Source of the DNA: a virus | Lineage: Duplodnaviria > Caudoviricetes | IMG/VR virus record: IMGVR_UViG_3300032116_001258 | Location: 1 to 24,626 of that record | Length of the DNA stretch: 24,626 bases | Reading direction: 5' to 3' (one strand) | Shown: one piece after another, positions 7,623-14,445 of the stretch | How the letters are laid out: each line of letters begins with the position of its first letter | Position numbering within the stretch: position 1 is the stretch's first letter | Notes under the pieces: generated by a model | The model's database searches: none | Told to the model about the DNA's origin: nothing | What the model saw: only the letters and a program-made list of their open reading frames with translations | Position numbers and translations under genes: made by a program

Positions 7623-8582
7623 ATGGCTAAAGCCTCCTGCACAGATGAAGAATTTATAGCACTTTGGAAACAATATCAATCTCCCGAAAAAGTTAGTCAT
7701 GCTATAAATCTTAGTGTTCGTAATACTTTAAAAAGACGCAGAACTATAGAACAGAAGTATGACATTATTTTAGATGCTTTGACTCCAAGTGGGATGCCTA
7801 AGATTTACATTCCCGATGAGCAAACGCAAGCCAATATCACAATTGACAATGGTGTAATCTTAGTCGGATCGGATTGCCACTATAACCCAGAGTACACTAC
7901 GACAGCCCATCGAGGATTTGTTCAGTTTGTAAAGTATCTGAAACCAAAGATTGTGATTCTCAATGGTGATATAGCTGACTTTGCTAGTATCTCAGCACAT
8001 CATCGCATTGGTTGGCAGAAAAGTCCTACAGTAAAAGAAGAACTAGACGAGATACAGGATAGACTTGGGGATATTGAAAAAGTAAGACCAGCAGGTTGTA
8101 AGTTAATGATTACGATTGGTAACCATGACTTACGATTCTCAGGCAAGCTGTCTAACATCCTACCTCAGTACGAGGGCATTAAGGGTTTTGATATTGCAGA
8201 TCACACTCCGCATTGGAAGTGGTACTGGTCTATTATGGTTAATCAGACCTGTATGATTAAACATCGTTGGCATAACGGCATCCATGCGGTCTACAACAAT
8301 ACAATGAAATCAGGTACAAGTTTCGTTTCAGGGCATCTACATTCTCTCAAGATAACACCTTGGACTGACTACACCGGCACACGATATGGTGTAGATACAG
8401 GAACTATGGCTTGTATTAAAGATAGCCAGTTCAGCTATACCGAAAATAATCCTGTCAACTGGCGGGCTGGTTTTGCAGTATTGACCTTTATCAATGGCAA
8501 ACTCATGCCTCCTGAACTTGCAGAAGTTATTAATGAGGATGAGGGTTTAATTTACTTTCGGGGTCAGTTGTTAAAAGTATGA
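7623..8582 (+). CDS. Calcineurin-like metallophosphoesterase with N-terminal HTH-like region
   Basis: SDCH, NGDIAD, GNHD, H and SGHLH motifs; start reassigned to ATG 7623 (MAKASC). Confidence 0.88.
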   Translation: MAKASCTDEEFIALWKQYQSPEKVSHAINLSVRNTLKRRRTIEQKYDIILDALTPSGMPKIYIPDEQTQANITIDNGVILVGSDCHYNPEYTTTAHRGFVQFVKYLKPKIVILNGDIADFASISAHHRIGWQKSPTVKEELDEIQDRLGDIEKVRPAGCKLMITIGNHDLRFSGKLSNILPQYEGIKGFDIADHTPHWKWYWSIMVNQTCMIKHRWHNGIHAVYNNTMKSGTSFVSGHLHSLKITPWTDYTGTRYGVDTGTMACIKDSQFSYTENNPVNWRAGFAVLTFINGKLMPPELAEVINEDEGLIYFRGQLLKV

Positions 8583-8932
8583 AGTTAACCTCCACTATCC
8601 TAAAGAATATCTACAATATGCTTGTGGTGTGTGAGCCTTTTGATAAATGGAATATGCCTTTAGCAGCCCAAATTCGGTTTGTAGTGGATGCAGATCCAGA
8701 TGTGATGGGAACTTATCTGTATCAGGATGATGAGAAATGGGAACACATCGTTACAATTTCTACTGCCAGGTGCGGATTCTTAGATACAGTTATTCGGACT
8801 ATGGCGCATGAAATGATCCATATGAGCTTTCATCGTAGGAAAGGTAATAAGTGGGCGCAACATGGAAAGGAGTTCCGTTCTCGCTGTTTTCTTGTGGGCA
8901 AAGAGCTGGGGCTAGATCCCTTAGAGTTGTAG
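8579..8932 (+). CDS. SprT-like zinc metalloprotease
   Basis: TMAHEMIH followed by HGKEF; ATGA coupling with the phosphoesterase. Confidence 0.8.
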   Translation: MKLTSTILKNIYNMLVVCEPFDKWNMPLAAQIRFVVDADPDVMGTYLYQDDEKWEHIVTISTARCGFLDTVIRTMAHEMIHMSFHRRKGNKWAQHGKEFRSRCFLVGKELGLDPLEL

Positions 8933-9565
8933 AGGTTTAAGGGAGTTATATTTCAAATAAGAACTATACCCTTCTTTAGGTAAATATGTTCTTCCGTTTT
9001 TAGTGTATCCGTTGCACCACCTTACAACTAAAGATTTGTCAATATTTAGTTGTTTTGCTGCCTCAACGCTTGATTCATAAGTTTTGCCTTTAATAACCCA
9101 AAACTTAGAAACTCTTTTATTTTTTTGATTTACTTTTGGCAAAGCCCATTTGCAATTGTTTTTTTCATAATTGCCATTGTTGTCAATTCTGTCAATCCAA
9201 TGCCCTTTAGGTTTTTTTCCCATGTCTGCATAAAATTCTTCAAATGATTTCCATTTGACTTCTATGCCTCTACCACCATAATTTTTGTATTCAGGCAAAT
9301 TTTTATTATTGCATCTACCAAGCATACCTCTCCAAGTTTTGTATGTTGGAGTATTGCTCATACCATGTGTAGTTACTCTTTTTATAAATTCAGCAGCTTT
9401 TTTACATCCACAAGATGTTGCCTTGCCATTTTTTAATGAACCCCTTTGTGTGTATGTCTCTGCACCACACTTACATATGCATCTGGTACTAGGATTTTTT
9501 CTATGAGGTATTAGCTCTAATACAGTCAAAAAACCATACTCATCGCCTACTTTTACTGCAGACAT
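8921..9565 (-). CDS. HNH-type homing endonuclease
   Basis: C.C.CG / SCGC N-terminus, Y.TW..M..RC......Y..YGGRGI, IDRIDNNGNYE..NC.WA, and a C-terminal NUMOD1-like HTH. Confidence 0.85.
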   Translation of the reverse strand: MSAVKVGDEYGFLTVLELIPHRKNPSTRCICKCGAETYTQRGSLKNGKATSCGCKKAAEFIKRVTTHGMSNTPTYKTWRGMLGRCNNKNLPEYKNYGGRGIEVKWKSFEEFYADMGKKPKGHWIDRIDNNGNYEKNNCKWALPKVNQKNKRVSKFWVIKGKTYESSVEAAKQLNIDKSLVVRWCNGYTKNGRTYLPKEGYSSYLKYNSLKPLQL

Positions 9566-9833
9566 TTAAATATCCTTCCTCAAGTAAAAAACGAAGTGTC
9601 TTGGCGTTGTTTCTAAACTGAAAGTCTAGTCTTTCGCCCTTTGACATCATTTTACCCTGATCGTATTCAAAATGGCAAGAATGGCACAAAAACATAATTG
9701 TTGCATCTGAGGCTTTTATTCCCATTCCTTTGCCAGTATTGCTGTGAGCTGCAACTATAGTTCCATCATTTACTCCACACTCTACACAAGATTGACCTCT
9801 AGCAATTTCTAGGAGTTTTTTGTTTCTATACAT
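9540..9833 (-). CDS. DUF1364/YbcO-like Zn-binding nuclease (nin-region type)
   Basis: RNKKLL..AR...C..CG....TIVAAHSN..GKGMGIKASD......C..CH...DQG. Confidence 0.8.
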   Translation of the reverse strand: MYRNKKLLEIARGQSCVECGVNDGTIVAAHSNTGKGMGIKASDATIMFLCHSCHFEYDQGKMMSKGERLDFQFRNNAKTLRFLLEEGYLNVCSKSRR

Positions 9834-9949
9834 TTTCTTAGGTATTCGTTTTCTTCTCTAGTTTTCTTTAGCAACTGAGATAAATGGTGTGCTGTTTTTA
9901 GCATCTCGTTATACCTATTTAGGTATAAGTTGTAATTTGTAGAGTCCAT
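9809..9949 (-). CDS. Small coiled-coil hypothetical protein (46 aa)
   Basis: MDSTNYNLYLNRYNEMLKTAHHLSQLLKKTREENEYLRKCIETKNS; TGATG coupling with the MTase stop. Confidence 0.6.
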   Translation of the reverse strand: MDSTNYNLYLNRYNEMLKTAHHLSQLLKKTREENEYLRKCIETKNS

Positions 9950-11010
9950 CAAACCAACTCCAATCCTTGTTGCTGTAATCGTTGATTCTGTAGAGTTTCA
10001 TAATCTTTATTAAGTTCGCACCCTATCCATTTACGCCCTAAATTTTGTGCAACTTGACCTGTAGTTCCGCTACCAAAGAAAGGATCTAGAACTATATCAC
10101 CAACTTTACTTCCTGCTAATATGCAAGGTTCTATTAGTTCTTGAGGATACACCGCAAAATGAGCTCCTGAATATGGTTTTACAGGCACAGACCAAACATC
10201 ACGCTTGTTTGCTTTTTCATATTCTTTGCTGACATTGCCTGATTTTGTAGCATATTTTGGGTCATCATTATCGCCATATTTATTGCCACCAAATCTTATT
10301 CCTTCGCTTTTTGTTGTTGCAGGTTCTTTAATAGATTCATGGTCAAAATAATACTTTTGATTTTTAGTTAGCAAAAATATATATTCATGGCTTTTTGTGC
10401 ATCTATCCTGAACAGACTCAGGCATTGGGTTTGGTTTGTGCCAAATAATGTCTTGCCTCAAATACCATCCAAAGTCTTGCAGGGCAAAGGCTAAACGCCA
10501 AGGCATACCCATTAAATCTTTTTGTTTATAGCCATTTCCAATTCTGTTTACTACTTTTTCTCGTGGGTTGCCAAATCCAGCCCTGCCGTTGTTTGATGCT
10601 TGACTGCTGTTATTAGCATAACTATCGCCAAGGTTTACCCATAAAGTACCATCGTCAGCAAGAATATCCCATACACAAGCAAATACTTCTACAAGATTGT
10701 CTATAAACTCTTGTGGTGTTTGTTCGTTTCCTATTTGCGAGTCTTTTCTAGTTGCTCCACATTTCAAACAATCGCCTGACGATATTGCTTTTTTATTGCT
10801 ACCCCTACCACCTTCATCAATAAAATTTCTATTATTTGAAATAACTAAACCTTCATGTTCGCATGAATTATCACCGCCAGCCCACTTGGCAGTTCCATAA
10901 TCTCTAAGACCATAGTAAGGTGGGCTAGTAACGCACATTTGCACCTTGACTCCATCTTTTGCCATCTGTCGCATGGAGTCTCGGCAATCTCCAAAATATA
11001 CTTTATTCAT
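9949..11010 (-). CDS. Orphan DNA N4-cytosine/N6-adenine methyltransferase (beta class)
   Basis: TSPPY motif IV precedes DPFFGSGTT motif I; IIWHKPNPMPES and HFAVYP. Confidence 0.95.
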   Translation of the reverse strand: MNKVYFGDCRDSMRQMAKDGVKVQMCVTSPPYYGLRDYGTAKWAGGDNSCEHEGLVISNNRNFIDEGGRGSNKKAISSGDCLKCGATRKDSQIGNEQTPQEFIDNLVEVFACVWDILADDGTLWVNLGDSYANNSSQASNNGRAGFGNPREKVVNRIGNGYKQKDLMGMPWRLAFALQDFGWYLRQDIIWHKPNPMPESVQDRCTKSHEYIFLLTKNQKYYFDHESIKEPATTKSEGIRFGGNKYGDNDDPKYATKSGNVSKEYEKANKRDVWSVPVKPYSGAHFAVYPQELIEPCILAGSKVGDIVLDPFFGSGTTGQVAQNLGRKWIGCELNKDYETLQNQRLQQQGLELV

Positions 11011-11093
11011 TATTTTGTACCAATCCGTATAGAAATGTAAACTATGAGAAACACAATCAATGCCCAGATGTAAACAAAGTCGCTATCGAGCAT
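11010..11093 (-). CDS. Single-TM micropeptide (27 aa)
   Basis: MLDSDFVYIWALIVFLIVYISIRIGTK; TAATG coupling to the MTase start. Confidence 0.55.
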   Translation of the reverse strand: MLDSDFVYIWALIVFLIVYISIRIGTK

Positions 11094-11409
11094 GATTATC
11101 TACAGATCGGTTAGTAGCCTCTAAACTGCGCCATATCTCGACTTTGAGTTGTGCAGCAGTCAGCATCCATTTGATCTTCTCCTCGCACTCTACAGCCTCT
11201 TTTAAGCCCTCTAGTAGCCCTATATACTCAGGATCAGCATAGGCATCTACCTCGGCTGCTGCGACAGACTTAGCCGATGACTTAGACATGAGAATACTGC
11301 GCTTAGACTTTAGGAAGTTCTCTAGGTAGATTCTGTTTGCCTTGGCTTTAGCAAAATCTCCTGAATACTTCATTATGTACTCTACTGCTTTTGTTGGTTC
11401 TATATCCAT
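11083..11409 (-). CDS. Helical phage protein, UvsY-like family
   Basis: AKAKA..IYLE.F.KSK...LM......AAAE..AYA.PEY...EE..KW.L.AA....EIWRS.EA.NR pattern. Confidence 0.6.
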   Translation of the reverse strand: MDIEPTKAVEYIMKYSGDFAKAKANRIYLENFLKSKRSILMSKSSAKSVAAAEVDAYADPEYIGLLEGLKEAVECEEKIKWMLTAAQLKVEIWRSLEATNRSVDNHAR

Positions 11410-11603
11410 GTTCCCCATTCCCCTTTATTACCTCTAGACCATTGTTCTCCGTACAGAACTAATAGGTCTTTATTTATCGTATGGTCTGATAAATACTTTC
11501 TCCACTTTGTCAGACCCCAAACTGCTCTCCACTTACAGAGTTGCCGTACTGCCGATCTTAGCCGAAAGTCTGGCTCTAAATTGGGCAAAAGTTTCTCCTG
11601 CAT
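11400..11603 (-). CDS. Conserved Trp-rich hypothetical protein (start uncertain)
   Basis: VRQL..WR...G...W......QW.RGNKGE.G.W pattern, which I recall following replication genes in similar phages. Confidence 0.6.
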   Translation of the reverse strand: MQEKLLPNLEPDFRLRSAVRQLCKWRAVWGLTKWRKYLSDHTINKDLLVLYGEQWSRGNKGEWGTWI

Positions 11604-11913
11604 ATGGGTTTAATCCTAGTTCTTTGCCCTTGGCTAAAGTAAGTTCATCGCTTGCATACCAAGGCAATGGTGGTCTTTTATTCTCTTTTTGCTCGATAAC
11701 AAGCTCATCCTCGAACCTTTCCTGATTCAGCCAGGTAGAGGCATGAGGGATAAACTCCCAATCAGTTCCCTTTGCTGCCCAGTATTTTCGATGCTCTACT
11801 ATTGCCTCTAGTGCTTTTTGTTGGTTGTCTAGACTTAGCTTTTCCCACGATCTTTTTGCTGTTAGCTTTCCGACCTTTTTGGGGTACTGCGCCCAAAACA
11901 AGTTGAACTCCAT
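11533..11913 (-). CDS. Replication-initiator C-terminal-domain-only protein
   Basis: F..FW..YPKKVGK..A...W.KL and IPHASTWLNQERFEDE motifs, normally the C-terminal part of phage O-like initiators; no N-terminal HTH. Confidence 0.72.
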   Translation of the reverse strand: MEFNLFWAQYPKKVGKLTAKRSWEKLSLDNQQKALEAIVEHRKYWAAKGTDWEFIPHASTWLNQERFEDELVIEQKENKRPPLPWYASDELTLAKGKELGLNPYAGETFAQFRARLSAKIGSTATL

Positions 11914-12064
11914 CTTTTTTCCCTTTCATGTTTTCTATTGCCTTCACCAACATACTTTCTAAACCATGTTGCAACAACATTTTATGACCCTGACTATCAA
12001 ATACTACCTCTACATTAGCAGAGCCATCTATGTTTTCTCTAATCCGTTTGATCTGTATCAGCAT
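11762..12064 (-). CDS. Hypothetical protein
   Basis: ORF in the coupled minus-strand chain; its 3' half overlaps the initiator-like gene. Confidence 0.5.
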   Translation of the reverse strand: MLIQIKRIRENIDGSANVEVVFDSQGHKMLLQHGLESMLVKAIENMKGKKDGVQLVLGAVPQKGRKANSKKIVGKAKSRQPTKSTRGNSRASKILGSKGN

Positions 12065-12305
12065 CCATCCATACCTTTATGTTTTGATTAAAGTCTGCTT
12101 TCATAAGAACTGGCTTATTTAAGCAATCTAACATTTTATACAAAGTCTGTTTTACTTCTTCTTTATCTTCTCCCATAACACCAACACCTCTTGCTGTGTA
12201 CAGATAAGGCTCATGGTTCTTGTCGTAAAAAACCTCGCACACCTCGACCCAAGGTTTTCCATCGTTTTCGTCTGAAAAGTCAACCACTCTATGATTCCAA
12301 TGCAT
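12039..12305 (-). CDS. Conserved hypothetical phage protein
   Basis: M.WNHRVV.......W....EVFYD motif; TAATG coupling. Confidence 0.72.
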   Translation of the reverse strand: MHWNHRVVDFSDENDGKPWVEVCEVFYDKNHEPYLYTARGVGVMGEDKEEVKQTLYKMLDCLNKPVLMKADFNQNIKVWMDADTDQTD

Positions 12306-12451
12306 TATTTACTCGCCAAGATGTAGAGACCCACATTACTAAACGCATATCCTGTATATACAACTGCCATAGGCACATTCCCTTTTAGGGCTTGTTCGCA
12401 CCCAATATAGGCATAGATCAAACCGGTAACAATAATAAGCCAAGCACTCAC
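12305..12451 (-). CDS. Small two-TM membrane protein (48 aa)
   Basis: GTG start; SAWLIIVTGLIYAYIGCEQALKGNVPMAVVYTGYAFSNVGLYILASK. Confidence 0.7.
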   Translation of the reverse strand: MSAWLIIVTGLIYAYIGCEQALKGNVPMAVVYTGYAFSNVGLYILASK

Positions 12452-12513
12452 TTTTTCTTTCTTAGCTCTATATGCTTTTGTAAAATGTACCAAAACTCAG
12501 ATTTGATAATCAT
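12448..12513 (-). CDS. Micropeptide (21 aa)
   Basis: MIIKSEFWYILQKHIELRKKK; ATGA and GTGA overlaps at both ends imply translational coupling. Confidence 0.5.
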   Translation of the reverse strand: MIIKSEFWYILQKHIELRKKK

Positions 12514-12806
12514 TTCTCACTCGCTTTCTTTAGTATTGCTCTAGCAAAGTCTAAAAACGGACTAGATGCACTTTCGCTAAAGTTCCAATTAAAAGTATTG
12601 AAATATACATCTTTAATTTGCTCATCACTTAACTCTTTTATTTGTGGTGTTTTTAGCAATTCTTCTTCCAGTTCATCAACATTTTTTGACAACTCCGCTA
12701 TGCGGTCTGCTTGATGGCGTAGCATATTTGCGGCATCTGTTAAATATTCCGCACTTTCTTTATATGCCCATTTATCTACAATATCTGCTAATTCGTATGC
12801 GTTCAT
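12510..12806 (-). CDS. Hypothetical phage protein
   Basis: MNAYELAD...AANMLR.QA..I..L...KELSDEQI...FARAILKKASEK; GGGAGGGG RBS before ATG 12806. Confidence 0.75.
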   Translation of the reverse strand: MNAYELADIVDKWAYKESAEYLTDAANMLRHQADRIAELSKNVDELEEELLKTPQIKELSDEQIKDVYFNTFNWNFSESASSPFLDFARAILKKASEK

Positions 12807-12920
12807 TTCCCCTCCCAAAGTGCATGAAACTTTAATAATCTTATACGAGTTCTACAAATAAGTCCTAAGTATTTTCCCTTATGTATCGTATTTGTTCCGT
12901 TAACTACCTTTAGGTATCTT

Positions 12921-13012
12921 TTATGTTACAAAATACAACTTGTATATAAATGTTAGTTTTCTATACATTTTGTTACAACATATATATATTTTGTATATAT
13001 TTAGACACAATA
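12921..13012. other. AT-rich tract with TGTTACA / TGTATATA repeats (candidate DNA unwinding element)
   Basis: Strongly A/T-rich, with (TA)n runs and two copies each of TGTTACA and TTGTATATA. Confidence 0.5.
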
Positions 13013-13013
13013 A

Positions 13014-13034
13014 CCCTAACCCGTTAACCCACCC
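13014..13034 (-). other. Canonical G-quadruplex motif
   Basis: Minus strand GGG-T-GGG-TTAAC-GGG-TTA-GGG. Confidence 0.6.
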
Positions 13035-13327
13035 ACCATAAGGGTAGCTAACATCTTTATCAGTCAATATGGACTTGTTAGTCCTATAGGGTATTCTCTC
13101 CTCCCACCTTGCCATCCATTTATATCAGCTTGTAACTCAATATAAATTTCGCTCGACAACTACTTGGGTATACCTGTTTACACAGGAGACTGTTTATCCT
13201 TTTGCTTTCGCTACTTGGGGTGCGGGTTAAACACCGATCTGACTGTTTGATAGCCGTCTTTGCCTTTATCTTTTCTTCCACGCTGCCGATCTAAGCACTA
13301 TGTTTCGCCTGGAGTGCGAGCAGAAAT
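13014..13327 (-). ncRNA. Putative structured ncRNA / origin-associated RNA
   Basis: Non-coding stretch with multiple hairpins (CCUGU-GUAA-ACAGG, GC-GAAA-GC, GGUGU-7-GCACC, GGACU-AACA-AGUCC, AUUUAUAU..AUAUAAAU) and a closing stem pairing 13317-13327 with 13146-13155. Confidence 0.5.
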
Positions 13328-13333
13328 AGAAAA

Positions 13334-13451
13334 ACCCCATAAGGTAGCTCTAAGTTGATACCACTTAGTAAATTCCCATGCCAGTATTTACTAAATGCTC
13401 AAAGCTACCCTATAGGGTCTAGGCATGGAACCAAAGCTACACAGGTATCAA
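13334..13451 (-). ncRNA. c4/CI-like antisense RNA with two upstream target sites
   Basis: 16-bp outer helix (13403-13418 with 13334-13349, two G-U pairs on the minus strand), 9-bp inner hairpin whose loop GGCAUGG is complementary to CCAUGCC at 13422-13428, and GGUAUCAA complementary to UUGAUACC at 13444-13451; followed by a U run. Confidence 0.68.
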
Positions 13452-13463
13452 TCTGCTAATGTA

Positions 13464-13492
13464 ATTATAAATCAAAACTCAAATTCTTTAAA
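13464..13492 (-). promoter_or_regulatory. Sigma70 promoter driving the c4-like / structured RNA
   Basis: TTTAAA (13492-13487), 17 nt spacer, TATAAT (13469-13464). Confidence 0.6.
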
Positions 13493-13783
13493 GTCGTACC
13501 TCCCATTGGGTTTCTTAAACCAGCCTATTACGATAATTCTCCACTTAGACCTAATAAGCTCAGGGAGATATTCGCTTTCTTGGATCTTCTTAATTCTGGA
13601 TGACATATTACTTTTGGATGTCATTTGTATGCCTAAAGACTCTCCGTTTCCAATAGCCACCATGTCGAGTATGCCAAACATATCTTTTTTTCGTTTTGTA
13701 AAAGAGTTGTAGGATTCGACCACTTCGCATTTATATCCCAAAGACTCGTATAGAGCCTTTGTACGCTGATTGTAGTTAGGCAA
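13472..13783 (-). CDS. PD-(D/E)XK nuclease, Holliday-junction-resolvase-like
   Basis: L...GY....VE.....DMFG.LD.VAI......IQ.TS motif; TTG start overlapping the cro stop. Confidence 0.68.
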   Translation of the reverse strand: MPNYNQRTKALYESLGYKCEVVESYNSFTKRKKDMFGILDMVAIGNGESLGIQMTSKSNMSSRIKKIQESEYLPELIRSKWRIIVIGWFKKPNGRYDFKEFEF

Positions 13784-13973
13784 GGTCTTCTTCTGTTATC
13801 TTGCCAAACGAGGCTTCTATGATGGCTTCGTGGTGTTTCTTGGGGATGCTGTTCCGCATTGACCAGGCATAGACAGTTACATACTTCATGCCTAATTTGT
13901 CGGCTATATCTTTGTAGCTACCAAACACTTCTAGTAATTTATCAAAGTGTTGGGTTTTCGCAACAGTATCCAT
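13776..13973 (-). CDS. Cro-like HTH repressor
   Basis: FGS...IA..LG.....V..W.....IP.......I..AS.GKIT..DL pattern; first gene of the leftward operon. Confidence 0.8.
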   Translation of the reverse strand: MDTVAKTQHFDKLLEVFGSYKDIADKLGMKYVTVYAWSMRNSIPKKHHEAIIEASFGKITEEDLA

Positions 13974-13985
13974 ATCTTCTCCTTT

Positions 13986-14086
13986 TGTAGAACATTGATT
14001 CTACACCCAAAATAGGTAAATGTAGATATTAGGGTATATCCCTAGTAATTATTCTACATTTATTCTACATTTATGCTATTCTACAT
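13986..14086. promoter_or_regulatory. Divergent early control region with TTCTACA repeats and a TAGGG-N5-CCCTA palindrome
   Basis: TATTCTACAT at 14050, 14061 and 14077; TGTAGAA-N6-TTCTACA at 13986-14005; TAGGGTATATCCCTA at 14030-14044; leftward -10 TAGAAT and rightward extended -10 TGcTATTCT. Confidence 0.65.
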
Positions 14087-14125
14087 ATAGGCGATGTTTG
14101 CTTATTTCTTTGAAAGGGAAATCAA

Positions 14126-14332
14126 ATGTACGAAAAAGCTAAAACAGAATTTGATAGGTTACCTCATGTAAATAGCGATGACCTTGATGGCACTATTGAC
14201 CATCTAGTGTTTCGCGCACAACATGAATTAGACCTTGAGGATGAAGGCGAAAACGAATACATTGACTATGTATTGCCAAAATCTGATTATGTAAAACTTA
14301 CCAAGTTTGTTAAAAAATGGAAAGGTAAATAA
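14126..14332 (+). CDS. Hypothetical protein (first early gene)
   Basis: ORF with AAGGGA RBS; TAATG-coupled to the next ORF. Confidence 0.7.
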   Translation: MYEKAKTEFDRLPHVNSDDLDGTIDHLVFRAQHELDLEDEGENEYIDYVLPKSDYVKLTKFVKKWKGK

Positions 14333-14445
14333 TGAAAGACTTTAAAGGCGAATGGAAAGATATATTTTGGGGTGCTGTGGCAGCTATCCTTATGCTTGCA
14401 CCAGCAATGGTTGTGTATGTTTGGAAAACAGGGGGTGTGTCGTGA
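14332..14445 (+). CDS. Single-TM small protein (37 aa)
   Basis: MKDFKGEWKDIFWGAVAAILMLAPAMVVYVWKTGGVS; coupled at both ends. Confidence 0.65.
   Translation: MKDFKGEWKDIFWGAVAAILMLAPAMVVYVWKTGGVS

Noticed and set aside
13011-13022. Telomere-like (TTAGGG) repeat
   Set aside because: Only about two units in an internal position; kept only as part of the G4 motif.
12921-13115. 64-aa minus-strand ORF (MARWEERIPY...)
   Set aside because: Runs through the G-tracts and (TA)n tract with atypical composition and no coupling; better explained as non-coding.
14050-14086. TATTCTACAT repeats as a mini CRISPR array (TTCTAC resembles a Cas12a repeat stem)
   Set aside because: Repeats are 10 bp with 1-6 nt gaps; no spacers, no matching GTAGA arm per unit and no cas genes.
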